A stretch of 64,000 nucleotides of DNA from Gammaproteobacteria bacterium (GTDB taxonomy: Bacteria; Pseudomonadota; Gammaproteobacteria; G965277405). The DNA is taken from assembly GCA_965277405.1 (NCBI GenBank), contig OZ255726.1, forward strand, positions 1,664,001 to 1,728,000, read 5' to 3'. Positions within the stretch are counted from its first letter, which is position 1. Each line of letters begins with the position of its first letter. This document shows, in pieces, positions 22,870-32,016 of the stretch. The notes under the pieces are model-generated. The model was not told the origin of the DNA. It saw nothing but the letters and a program-made list of their open reading frames with translations, and searched no databases. A program made the translations under genes and the position numbers.

Positions 22870-24333
22870 ATGCGCATTTACCTAGCACCTGTATTTGTGA
22901 CAATCCTTTGGATTACTTCTTCTTCAATAACAACAACTTACGCTGCTAGCGATATTGAGCAGCGTAAGCTGCAGATGCAGCAGAGCATAAATAAGCAAAA
23001 AAAAATCTTTGCAGCTTACAAGCGCAATAGTAAAAACGAGTTTGAAGCCTATCGTGCCCAGCAACAGGAAACTTTAAAAAAAGCAATTAAAGAAAACTGG
23101 CGCCAATTTCAAATTTACAAAGCAGACTTCAGCTTGCTTGGCAACAAGCCGCAAAACCAACCAGCCTACGGCAACCAGGTTAAACATCAACTAGCAGCCA
23201 AATCACCAAATCTCAAAACATCAATTGTAAAACCTAGGGATGGTCATCTTTCACAGCAAAAAACAGCAAACACGCAGCCACTTAATCTGTATGGAATGAC
23301 GTTATCTATGCCTGTGGTCACGCAGCCAGTCATGTCAGCAGGAGCAGACAAACAGGCAATTACTGACTATCTACAAGTAAACCCAGATTACGAAAAAAAG
23401 TTAGTTGTGTTTGCCCGTGATACTGCAGAGCGACTCCACCTTGACGATTGGGGTACATACTTGCTGATGCGTGAAATAGCACGGCAGCTCTACCCAGATA
23501 GCTGGCAAACCAGACGCCTTGCCCAATGGAAATGGATGAATCAGCTTGGCTACGATCTGCGCATAGCCGAAACAAGCAACGAATTACGTTTACTACTACC
23601 AGTCACCCAGACAATATATGGTCACTCATACATATTTATAGAAGGCAATAAATACTATCTTGATACCCCAGCTGGTAGCGACTTGCACACCTATCCACAA
23701 CAATTTGATAAACTTGCAGCCATAGAGAATATCAACCCAACACAAGTGCGGTGGTCTGATGACAAGCAGAATATTCATGTTCGCCAGCTTGATTATTCCA
23801 ACGATGGCGAACACTACCAAATTACGCTTAAGTTCGATATACGTACACTGCGGATGATGCAGGATTATCCGCAAATGATTTTTTCTCGATATTTTAAAAC
23901 ACCTCTTTCGCCAAAACTTGAACAATCACTCAAAGATCAGCTCATGCCTGTGCTTGCAGGCAAGAGCAAATATCAGCAGGCAAGTCTGCTGCTTAAGTTG
24001 GTACAGAAATCTCTCGCCTACCAGACTGATCAACAACAGTTTGGCAAGGAAAACTACCTATTTGCCGAAGAATCTATAGGGTTTCCATATGCCGACTGTG
24101 AAGACAGAGCTATTCTGTATGCTTGGCTGGTGCATGAGCTGCTCGACCTTCCCTATCTGGTACTGCTATACCCTAACCACCTGACTACGGCCATAGCTCT
24201 GAACGGAACAGGTGACACAATTCATTATGGCAATACCATCTATCTGATAGCTGACCCAACATACATAGGGGCACCAATCGGTAAAGCCATGCATCCGCAG
24301 ATAGAGCCAAAGATTATTTATGCTTCACAATAG
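22870..24333 (+). CDS. Secreted transglutaminase-like/papain-fold protein
   Basis: Signal peptide ending TYAA; charged coiled coil; DCEDRAILY (Cys), YPNH (His) and ADPTY (Asp) in triad order. Confidence 0.65.
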   Translation: MRIYLAPVFVTILWITSSSITTTYAASDIEQRKLQMQQSINKQKKIFAAYKRNSKNEFEAYRAQQQETLKKAIKENWRQFQIYKADFSLLGNKPQNQPAYGNQVKHQLAAKSPNLKTSIVKPRDGHLSQQKTANTQPLNLYGMTLSMPVVTQPVMSAGADKQAITDYLQVNPDYEKKLVVFARDTAERLHLDDWGTYLLMREIARQLYPDSWQTRRLAQWKWMNQLGYDLRIAETSNELRLLLPVTQTIYGHSYIFIEGNKYYLDTPAGSDLHTYPQQFDKLAAIENINPTQVRWSDDKQNIHVRQLDYSNDGEHYQITLKFDIRTLRMMQDYPQMIFSRYFKTPLSPKLEQSLKDQLMPVLAGKSKYQQASLLLKLVQKSLAYQTDQQQFGKENYLFAEESIGFPYADCEDRAILYAWLVHELLDLPYLVLLYPNHLTTAIALNGTGDTIHYGNTIYLIADPTYIGAPIGKAMHPQIEPKIIYASQ

Positions 24334-24358
24334 AGCGTTGTTTTGGTGTTATACATGC

Positions 24359-24614
24359 GCTGTTGCGGTACTTGCTGTGTTGCAACCTTTGGTGTATATG
24401 CTCCGGCATGCGCCTGCGGAATGCGCCTTGCAATCATCAGCAATTGCAGCAATTGCAGCAAACCGTTGTATATTCAACAGAATGACGGGAAAAAACGCTG
24501 CGATAACGTCGTTGCAGCACTTGATAATACCACCAGTATTATCAAGTGTTGCGCTTCAGTTATCATCAGCGTGTTTGCTTAGTCTCGCCCATTATTGAGT
24601 TAATCAGAGCTTCC
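24359..24614 (-). mobile_element. Rearranged MITE copy (internal inversion, one TIR missing)
   Basis: 3' module on the + strand (24359-24450) joined at tandem CAATTG to the 5' module on the - strand, ending TTAATCAGAGCTTCC+TTAA. Confidence 0.85.
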
Positions 24615-24627
24615 TTAATAAGTTATA

Positions 24628-25716
24628 ATGACCCCATCTGCTCTATACCAACAAAAAATTGACACAGGCGAAATCTGTGCGGATTGCATACAACAGCAGG
24701 CTTTGGTTGAACTTGATGGCTTGCATCTGGCGGTTATTAGCTTTTTTGAACGCAGCCGTTCATTGCTGTCGTGGAAAAAGCCCAAGCAACCGCACGGGTT
24801 ATATCTGTGGGGTGAGGTTGGTCGTGGCAAAACATTTTTGCTGGATTTGCTTTACGAATCATTGCCACATTGCCGCTGTCAGCGGATTCATTTTGCCCGT
24901 TTCATGCAATGGCTACATGGGCAATTACAATTAAGAGTTGGCAGTAAAAATCCACTGCAGCGGATTGCCGCTGCATATTGCAGGCAATATGCGGTGCTGT
25001 GCTTTGATGAGCTGTACGTCAATGATATTGGTGATGCGATGTTGTTGGGTGAGTTTTTTGCGGCGATGTATCGCCACGGGATGGTGTTCATTAGCACCTC
25101 AAATAGCCACCCAGATGATTTGTATAAAGAAGGGTTACAGCGCAGTCGGTTTCTGCCTGCTATTGCCAGCATTCATCAGCACAATACCGTCTATCATTTA
25201 GGCGGGTCCCATGATTATCGATTGCGCATGCTAACAGAAAATGCTTTATTTTATATCAACAGCGATGCTGCGCAAGCACAGCAGCATATGCGGCTGTTGT
25301 TCACCCGCTTATCTGGCAACCAACAATTATATCAAGAAGATACTGTTGAGCTCACTGCGCGTCAAGTTGCCATAGTTGTCGCGTCAGATGAGGTGTTATG
25401 GATGACGTTTGCACAAATGTGTGAAAGTGCACGGAGCAACTTTGATTATATTGAAATCTCAACAAGATTCAAAATTGTCATGCTTAGTCATGTCCCTAAA
25501 ATTACCAATGACGATGCTGCTCGGCGCTTTGTTGGCTTGATTGATGAACTGTATGCAAGCCACACGGTGTTGGTGTTGCATAGTTATGCGCAGCTTGACC
25601 AACTGTATAATCAAAAAAAATTAGCATTTGCTTTTCAAAGAACAATCAGCAGGCTGATTGAAATGCAATCTGATGCATACGTTGCACTGTGTGCCATCGA
25701 GGCACGGTTGCAGTAG
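24628..25716 (+). CDS. zapE: Cell division ATPase ZapE (AFG1 family)
   Basis: GLYLWGEVGRGKT, LCFDE, TSNSHPDDLY..GLQR.RF, DAARRF..LIDELY, FQRTISRL.EMQ. Confidence 0.92.
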   Translation: MTPSALYQQKIDTGEICADCIQQQALVELDGLHLAVISFFERSRSLLSWKKPKQPHGLYLWGEVGRGKTFLLDLLYESLPHCRCQRIHFARFMQWLHGQLQLRVGSKNPLQRIAAAYCRQYAVLCFDELYVNDIGDAMLLGEFFAAMYRHGMVFISTSNSHPDDLYKEGLQRSRFLPAIASIHQHNTVYHLGGSHDYRLRMLTENALFYINSDAAQAQQHMRLLFTRLSGNQQLYQEDTVELTARQVAIVVASDEVLWMTFAQMCESARSNFDYIEISTRFKIVMLSHVPKITNDDAARRFVGLIDELYASHTVLVLHSYAQLDQLYNQKKLAFAFQRTISRLIEMQSDAYVALCAIEARLQ

Positions 25717-25725
25717 CTTTGGTGA

Positions 25726-26430
25726 TTATAGTTGCCAGTCGATTGGTTGGATGGCGTGATTCTGTAAATATGTGTTGGTTGCTGAAAAAGGCCTGCTACC
25801 AAAAAAACCATTGTGTGCCGAAAAGGGTGATGGATGTGCGCTGGCAATAATGTGATTGTGGGTAGGGTCGATTCCTGCTGCCTTGCGTTGCGCGTATTTG
25901 CCCCAGAGGATGTATACAATGTTGTGGTGATGTTGTTGCAAACGCGCGATGATTTGATCAGTAATCCATTCCCAACCTTGCCCCGCGTGTGATGCGGCAG
26001 CGCCAGCGCGGACAGTCAGCACGCTGTTTAATAGCAACACTCCTTGTTGTGCCCATGCTGTTAAATCACCTTTTCCTGCGTTTTGAATAGATATATCCGC
26101 ATACATTTCAGTATGGATATTGCGCAATGATGGCGGAATCTGTATACCATTTGCCACAGAAAATGCTAGCCCCATCGCCTGTCCTGGGCCATGGTATGGG
26201 TCTTGTCCGAGCATAACAACTTTCACAGTATCGACTGGCGTGCACTGCAGTGCTGTATAGATGAGATGGCGAGGTGGGTATACGGTATGTTGCAGTTGTT
26301 GCTGTTGTAAAAAAGTTCCAAGTTGCAGCGCCTGTGGCTGGATTAGGCAGTCAGCTAGCAGTGACTGCCACGATGATTCAAGCACGGCTGTGATTGTTTC
26401 GATTGTCGAATTTGATGGGCAATTTTCCAT
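25726..26430 (-). CDS. ung: Uracil-DNA glycosylase
   Basis: GQDPYH, GLAFS, GVLLLN, HPSPFS. Confidence 0.95.
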   Translation of the reverse strand: MENCPSNSTIETITAVLESSWQSLLADCLIQPQALQLGTFLQQQQLQHTVYPPRHLIYTALQCTPVDTVKVVMLGQDPYHGPGQAMGLAFSVANGIQIPPSLRNIHTEMYADISIQNAGKGDLTAWAQQGVLLLNSVLTVRAGAAASHAGQGWEWITDQIIARLQQHHHNIVYILWGKYAQRKAAGIDPTHNHIIASAHPSPFSAHNGFFGSRPFSATNTYLQNHAIQPIDWQL

Positions 26431-26491
26431 GATGGCATTGGTAATGGCAGTAGTTTTTCGTACAATGGATTTTTTTATTCCGCATAAGTAT

Positions 26492-27088
26492 ATGGAAAAA
26501 ATAATATATGGGCTGGTAATTACATTACTTGCTGGCTGTGGAGCATCAACGCCAACATTAGACGAAGTGCGTGCTGTATCTGAGTGCTATTATCCAGATA
26601 CTGTAGATGTTGAAGGGCCTGCTTGGGTGTGTGATGGTCCAGTTGATGGTGTTGCGCTCAAAGCAGTTGGTGTTGCTGAGCCAACGCAGGCAGGTTTTGC
26701 ATTTCAACGCAGAATTGCACAAAATAATGCACAAATTGAGATAGCTGTGCGGGTTCGCAGCAGAGTGCGCGACATCATTCGGCAATATACTGAGCAAATC
26801 GGCAATGTGCCTGAAGAGCAAACGAATGCCGTGATTACAGTTACCACACAAACAATTACTGATGTGACGCTGCAGCAAGTAGAACTGTTCGCAAGTATCA
26901 AATCCCCGAATAATTATTTCTATGTGTTGATGGGGATTACCGATGATAATTTTAATGCGTTTTTAGATACCGCATTACGCTCTAGCATACAACAGAATGC
27001 TGATGACTGGGGAGCATTTCTAGATTTACACAATCAAGATCAGGAGTTACTTGCAAAAGAACTTATTACAAAAGGAATAGGTTCATAA
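26492..27088 (+). CDS. LPP20-like lipoprotein (paralog of 17447..18037)
   Basis: Lipobox LLAGC; CYYPD....PAWVC; AVG.A.....F.FQR..A...A..EIA; FYVLM. Start at ATG 26492. Confidence 0.75.
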   Translation: MEKIIYGLVITLLAGCGASTPTLDEVRAVSECYYPDTVDVEGPAWVCDGPVDGVALKAVGVAEPTQAGFAFQRRIAQNNAQIEIAVRVRSRVRDIIRQYTEQIGNVPEEQTNAVITVTTQTITDVTLQQVELFASIKSPNNYFYVLMGITDDNFNAFLDTALRSSIQQNADDWGAFLDLHNQDQELLAKELITKGIGS

Positions 27089-27224
27089 ATTATTGCAAAA
27101 AAGCTATCACATATGTATTGGTTTCTATACATTACCCATACTTGCACTACAACTCAGCATGCCACTGATGCAAGTTTCTTTCATAACCCCGTGAGTGTAG
27201 TCGCGGAAAACTGGTAATAATTAT

Positions 27225-28898
27225 ATGTCAGACTCATTTGCTCAGCTCGTTGAGAACCAAGAATTTTCCATTCCTGATTATAAGATTGGTTCGATTATCG
27301 ACTGTACAGTCCTTCGTGTTGAAAAAGATTTCATCACTGTTGATTCTGGACTCAAATCAGAAACATACATCCCCGTTTCTGAGTTTATATCCAAGAAGAA
27401 TGGCAACACAGATGTAAACATAGGCGATATAGTTAAAGTGATTCTTGAACAATACGAGGATGGCTTTGGCGTTACGACCTTGTCGCGTGAGAAAGCGCAA
27501 GAACAAGAAATTTGGATGAAGCTTGACGAAGCGCACCGTGAGCAAAGTAATATTGAAGGCGATATTTTAGAGCGCGTAAAAGGCGGATTTAGTGTGATGA
27601 TAGGTGCACTCCGCGCGTTCTTGCCAGGATCACTTGTTGATTCTCGACCGATTCAAGACCCAGAGTCACTCGAACACACCACCAGCTTATTTAAAATTGT
27701 TAAGATGGATCGTGAGCGCAATAATATTGTGGTTTCGCGGAAGGCAGTGCTTGAAGAAGAAAACTCTGCTGAACGCGAAGCGTTACTGGAGACTTTGAAA
27801 GAAGGTGCTATCTACAAAGGTATTGTGAAGAACTTGACAGATTATGGTGCGTTTGTCGATTTAGGTGGCATTGATGGCTTGCTACATATTACCGATATGT
27901 CATGGCGTAGAATTCGCAATCCAAGTGAAATGGTTGCGATTGGTGATGAAATCGAAGTCATTGTATTAAAATACGTTGCAGAAGAACAACGGGTATCGCT
28001 GGGGCTACGCCAGTTACAACCAAACCCATGGGAAAACATTGAGGAGCGGTTTATGATTGGCAACAAATATACTGCAACAGTAACCAATCTTACCGACTAC
28101 GGTTGTTTTGCAGAAATTGAAGACGGCATCGAAGGCTTGGTGCATGTGTCTGAAATGGACTGGACAAATAAAAACATCCACCCTTCAAAAGTCGTGACTG
28201 TTGGCGATGAAATTGAAGTGATGATGTTGAATGTTGACAAAATGAGTCGACGCATTTCTCTTGGTATGAAGCAATGTACGGCAAATCCATGGGAAGAGTT
28301 TATTAATAAATACCAAGCAAACGACACAATTAAAGGCCCCATTAAATCTATCACGGACTTTGGTTTGTTTATTGGTCTTGAAGGAAATATTGATGGGCTG
28401 GTGCATCTCAGTGATATTGACTGGGCGTTACCTGGCGAAGAAGCCATCAAACAGTATTCTCGCGGAATGGAAATTGAAGCGTTGATATTGAATATAGATG
28501 GTGAACGTGAACGGATATCATTGGGCATTAAACAGCTGCGCAATGATCCATTTATCACCTTCACCACGGTAAACAGTAAAGGTTCAATTGTTATTGGCAA
28601 AGTGACTGCAGTTGATGAGCGCTTGGTAACGCTTGAGCTAGAACAACATGTGATAGGTACTGTTAAAGTTGGTGAGTTGAGCAGAGATAAAGTCACCGAC
28701 GCCACGACAGCAGTAGAAATAGGCCAGACAATAGAAGCTAAAATTTTACTGATTGACAGGAAAACACGTTCAATAAGTTTGTCTGTGCGTGCGAAAGACA
28801 TTCAACAAGACAAGCAAGCAATGCGTGATCTTAATAAGCAGTCTCCCAAAGTTGCGACAATCGGCGATTTGATTAAAGAACAAATTGTGGATAAATAA
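27225..28898 (+). CDS. rpsA: 30S ribosomal protein S1
   Basis: MSDSFAQL, repeated S1 domains (TDYGAFVDLGGIDGLLHITDMSW etc.). Confidence 0.98.
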   Translation: MSDSFAQLVENQEFSIPDYKIGSIIDCTVLRVEKDFITVDSGLKSETYIPVSEFISKKNGNTDVNIGDIVKVILEQYEDGFGVTTLSREKAQEQEIWMKLDEAHREQSNIEGDILERVKGGFSVMIGALRAFLPGSLVDSRPIQDPESLEHTTSLFKIVKMDRERNNIVVSRKAVLEEENSAEREALLETLKEGAIYKGIVKNLTDYGAFVDLGGIDGLLHITDMSWRRIRNPSEMVAIGDEIEVIVLKYVAEEQRVSLGLRQLQPNPWENIEERFMIGNKYTATVTNLTDYGCFAEIEDGIEGLVHVSEMDWTNKNIHPSKVVTVGDEIEVMMLNVDKMSRRISLGMKQCTANPWEEFINKYQANDTIKGPIKSITDFGLFIGLEGNIDGLVHLSDIDWALPGEEAIKQYSRGMEIEALILNIDGERERISLGIKQLRNDPFITFTTVNSKGSIVIGKVTAVDERLVTLELEQHVIGTVKVGELSRDKVTDATTAVEIGQTIEAKILLIDRKTRSISLSVRAKDIQQDKQAMRDLNKQSPKVATIGDLIKEQIVDK

Positions 28899-28907
28899 AC
28901 TAACAAC

Positions 28908-29207
28908 GTGAAAAAAAGTGAAATTCATCTGGATCTGGTAAAACAATTACCTGCTCTTGACCATGGTAAAGCCCAGTTGGCTGTGGATGTGATTATTGCA
29001 ACGATTGCAAAAGGTCTGGCAGATGGTGATTTTTTACACGTTAAAGGTTTTGGTAGATTATACATGCGTGCCCGCAAACCGTGTACGTTATACAACCCAA
29101 AGCTGAATAAAAAAGTAGAAGTTGGTCCGCGACTTACCTGTTTATTTCGACCTGCAGCATCTTTACAGCAACGTTTAAATAACAACGTTACTGGGCAATA
29201 TGATTAG
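28908..29207 (+). CDS. ihfB: Integration host factor beta-like protein (divergent)
   Basis: MKKSE.., KGFG, NPK....V.V......FRP...L..R.N; position after rpsA. Confidence 0.7.
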   Translation: MKKSEIHLDLVKQLPALDHGKAQLAVDVIIATIAKGLADGDFLHVKGFGRLYMRARKPCTLYNPKLNKKVEVGPRLTCLFRPAASLQQRLNNNVTGQYD

Positions 29208-29517
29208 GTTGATCAAACGGTTATGCTATGTTGCTATAATTGTATTACTGTTTTTTTTGGCGATGTTATTTACTCGCAACAATGCAACAGAGCTTGTCAT
29301 AGATTTTTGGGTGTGGCAAACTCCGCCTGTCTACGCTGGGGTGTGGTTCATCATTATTTTTGTTGCAGGCATGACCCTGACGGCTATTCCTTGGGCTATC
29401 CAGCGCAGTTTTTATCGTCACAGCGTTACCAGCCTCAAACGCAAGCTGGCAGCAGCAAACACGCTTAAGGAACCTCTGATTAATTCCATGATGGGCGAGA
29501 CGGAGAAAAAACGCTGA
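29200..29517 (+). CDS. lapA: LapA (DUF1049) family membrane protein; C-terminus extended by a MITE
   Basis: TM-N...L.IDFW-TM-basic tail pattern after ihfB; the last ~15 residues are encoded by the MITE. Confidence 0.65.
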   Translation: MIRLIKRLCYVAIIVLLFFLAMLFTRNNATELVIDFWVWQTPPVYAGVWFIIIFVAGMTLTAIPWAIQRSFYRHSVTSLKRKLAAANTLKEPLINSMMGETEKKR

Positions 29518-29748
29518 TGATAACTAGACGCAGTACGCAGATAATACTGGTGGTCTTGTGGGTATTGCCAAGTGCTGCAACGACGTTATCGCAGCGTTTT
29601 TTCCCGTCCTTCTGTTGAATATACTTTGGGTTTGCTGCAGCGGTACTTGCTGTGTTGCATCCCTTGGCGTATATGCTACGGCATGCGCCTTGCAATCATC
29701 AGCAATTGCAGGCAAACTCGCTCCATCAGCGAGTTAATCAGAGCTTTC
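29469..29748 (+). mobile_element. IS5-like MITE, full copy
   Basis: GGAACCTCTGATTAA...TTAATCAGAGCTTTC; flanks TTAA / CTAA. Confidence 0.92.
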
Positions 29749-29780
29749 CTAAGCTATAACGCAACACAATAGTTTTGCTG

Positions 29781-30506
29781 ATGGCGCTGTATTGTATTGC
29801 CGATCTTCATCTTGACACGCCAACTCATAAAAATGCGCGCTTTGAACAATGGTGCACGGCTATTCAAAATGATTGCGAGCATTTATATATTCTTGGTGAC
29901 CTGTTTGAAGCATGGATTGGTGACGATGCTATGGTATCGTGGCATCAGCAAATTGCTCAGATGCTGGCAACTATGTCGTATGCTATTTCGCTTCAGCACG
30001 GCAATCGTGATTTCTTGTTAGGACAGCAGTTTGTAGCACTTGCTGGCGCACAGTTGCTTGGTGATGTGTATTACCGACAGGCATCGTCGCAGGCTCAGGC
30101 ATTGTTAATGCTCCATGGTGATACGTTATGCACTGATGATGTGCAGTATCAACAATTACGCCAACGGCTACGTAGTCAACAATGGCAAGAAACATTTTTG
30201 CAAAAAAGTGTGGATGCACGTGCTCAAGAAGCGCTTGATTTGCGCAAGCGCAGCAAGCAAGCCGTTCAGGAAAAATCACCAGCAATTATGGATGTCAATG
30301 CCGCCGCATGTGCGGCGCTGTTTGCCCAGTATCCATCCGTTAATTTAATGGTGCATGGGCATACGCATCGACCTTTTGTACATATATATCCTGCCGATAA
30401 ACATCGTATTGTTGTGGGTGATTGGCGCGAAGCAGGTTTTTATTTTGCGCGGGTTGATGCGCATGATTGCACATTGCATTATCAGGCTTGGCATGAGGTA
30501 GATTAG
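29781..30506 (+). CDS. lpxH: UDP-2,3-diacylglucosamine diphosphatase
   Basis: IADLHL, LYILGDLFEAWIGDD, GNRDFL, HGDTLCTDD, HGHTHRP, R.V.GDW. Confidence 0.93.
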   Translation: MALYCIADLHLDTPTHKNARFEQWCTAIQNDCEHLYILGDLFEAWIGDDAMVSWHQQIAQMLATMSYAISLQHGNRDFLLGQQFVALAGAQLLGDVYYRQASSQAQALLMLHGDTLCTDDVQYQQLRQRLRSQQWQETFLQKSVDARAQEALDLRKRSKQAVQEKSPAIMDVNAAACAALFAQYPSVNLMVHGHTHRPFVHIYPADKHRIVVGDWREAGFYFARVDAHDCTLHYQAWHEVD

Positions 30507-30514
30507 CCGTATAT

Positions 30515-30635
30515 GCAATTTGCTGACGCTTGCTGGCCATCCCTTGGCGTATATGCTACGGCATGCGCTTAGCGCCTTGCAATCACCAGCAATTGCTAAT
30601 TAACTCGCTCCATCAGCGAGTGAATCAGAGCTTCC
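30515..30635 (+). mobile_element. MITE 3' half
   Basis: catcccttggcgtatatgctacggcatgcgcttagcgcc...gtgaatcagagcttcc+TTAG. Confidence 0.85.
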
Positions 30636-31099
30636 TTAGCTACAACGAAGATTTACTCTTTGCTGATTTAGAGCAATTTAAGCAAAAACTGGCTAACTGG
30701 TTAGGGAAACTCTGATTAAGTCCATGATGGGCGAGACGGAGAAAAAACGCTGATGATAACTTAAGCGCAGTGCGCAGATAATACTGGTGGTATTATCAAG
30801 TGCTGCAACGACGTTAGCGCAGCGTTTTTTTCCGTCCTTCTGTTGAATATATGATGGTTTGCTGCAATTGCTGCGCTTGCTGTGTTGCATCCCTTGGCGT
30901 ATATGCTACGGCATGCGCTTAGCGGTTTGCGCCTTGCAATCATCAGCAATTGCAGGCAAACTCGCTCCATCAGCGACTTAATCAGAGCTTCCTTAGTGTG
31001 GTACAACTATGAGCGACCTCATCATTCACATAACAAAAACCACCTATTCAAGCTATGCTACTCTGTCAACCTCAGTGCAATATGTATTGGACGCATACA
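30636..31099 (+). pseudogene. IS481-like (rve integrase core) transposase 3' remnant interrupted by a MITE
   Basis: Removing the MITE gives SYNEDLLFADLEQFKQKLANWLVWYNYERPHHSH; after a frameshift, PIQAMLLCQPQCNMYWTHT ending at ...TGGACGCATACA. Confidence 0.72.
30705..30992 (+). mobile_element. IS5-like MITE, full copy
   Basis: GGAAACTCTGATTAA...TTAATCAGAGCTTCC; perfect TTAG duplication (30701-30704 and 30993-30996). Confidence 0.93.
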
Positions 31100-31159
31100 C
31101 ACACTTGAATTGGTGGTTTTAGGTCGTACAATACCCATACATTTATTTTGGAGACACAC

Positions 31160-31816
31160 ATGCAATTACAATCTCAGACTACGGTTCGGGCAACAACGCT
31201 CACAACGAATAAGGTTATTCGCAATACCTATATGCTGTTATCTACGACGTTAATTTTTAGCGCAATAACGGCGACGTTTAGCACCATCATGCAAGTCCAA
31301 CAAGTAAACATTTTTGTATTCTTAATTGGAGCATATGGCTTGATGTTCTTAACGTCGCGTTTGCAAAATAGCCCATGGGGCCTTGCATGCGTATTTGGTT
31401 TCACGGGTTTTCTTGGGTATACCTTAGGACCTTTGCTCAATATGTATTTGGCAATTCCCAGTGGTGGTGAAACGATTGCTATGGCGCTGGGAATGACTGG
31501 TGTAATCTTCTTAGGTTTGAGTGGCTATGCGCTAACAACACGCAAAGACTTTAGCTTTTTAAGTGGGTTTTTATTTGCAGGGGTATTGGTGTTGATATTG
31601 GCAATGGTTGTCGGGATGTTTACGAATATCCCAGGGTTACATTTGGCTATTTCTGTTGGCTTTGTGTTGTTTTCAAGTGCTGCTATTTTGTATCAAACCA
31701 GCCAAATGATTCATGATCCTAATGCAAATTACATCATGATGACAATTGGTTTATATACCCAGATCTACAATTTGTTTGTTAGCTTGCTCTACATACTAGG
31801 TGCAACCAGAGATTAA
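31160..31816 (+). CDS. yccA: Bax inhibitor-1/YccA family membrane protein
   Basis: NKVIRNTYMLLSTTL, GYTLGPLLN.Y, TTRKDFSFL, LYQTS..I; GGAG SD. Confidence 0.92.
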   Translation: MQLQSQTTVRATTLTTNKVIRNTYMLLSTTLIFSAITATFSTIMQVQQVNIFVFLIGAYGLMFLTSRLQNSPWGLACVFGFTGFLGYTLGPLLNMYLAIPSGGETIAMALGMTGVIFLGLSGYALTTRKDFSFLSGFLFAGVLVLILAMVVGMFTNIPGLHLAISVGFVLFSSAAILYQTSQMIHDPNANYIMMTIGLYTQIYNLFVSLLYILGATRD

Positions 31817-31822
31817 GGGTTT

Positions 31823-31857
31823 CAATAAAACACTGGAATTTGCTGGTTTTTTTATTG
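31823..31857 (+). terminator. Possible intrinsic terminator after yccA
   Basis: caataaaa...ttttattg imperfect stem with a T-run. Confidence 0.35.
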
Positions 31858-32016
31858 GCAATGGATGTTTAATCCTGCATTGTTGTCTGCTATAATTTAT
31901 TAAAAATATATTGCAAAAACCAAGCATCGCGAGCAACTCTTTCAATAATAAAATGTGTGTAAATAACAACAATACATTGTTTTTGCTAAAGTCAGTAGTT
32001 TCTTATAGACAGTACA

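Noticed and set aside
26261-26491. Cys-rich N-terminal extension of the 26261..27088 ORF
   Set aside because: It overlaps ung on the other strand; the lipoprotein signal starts at 26492.
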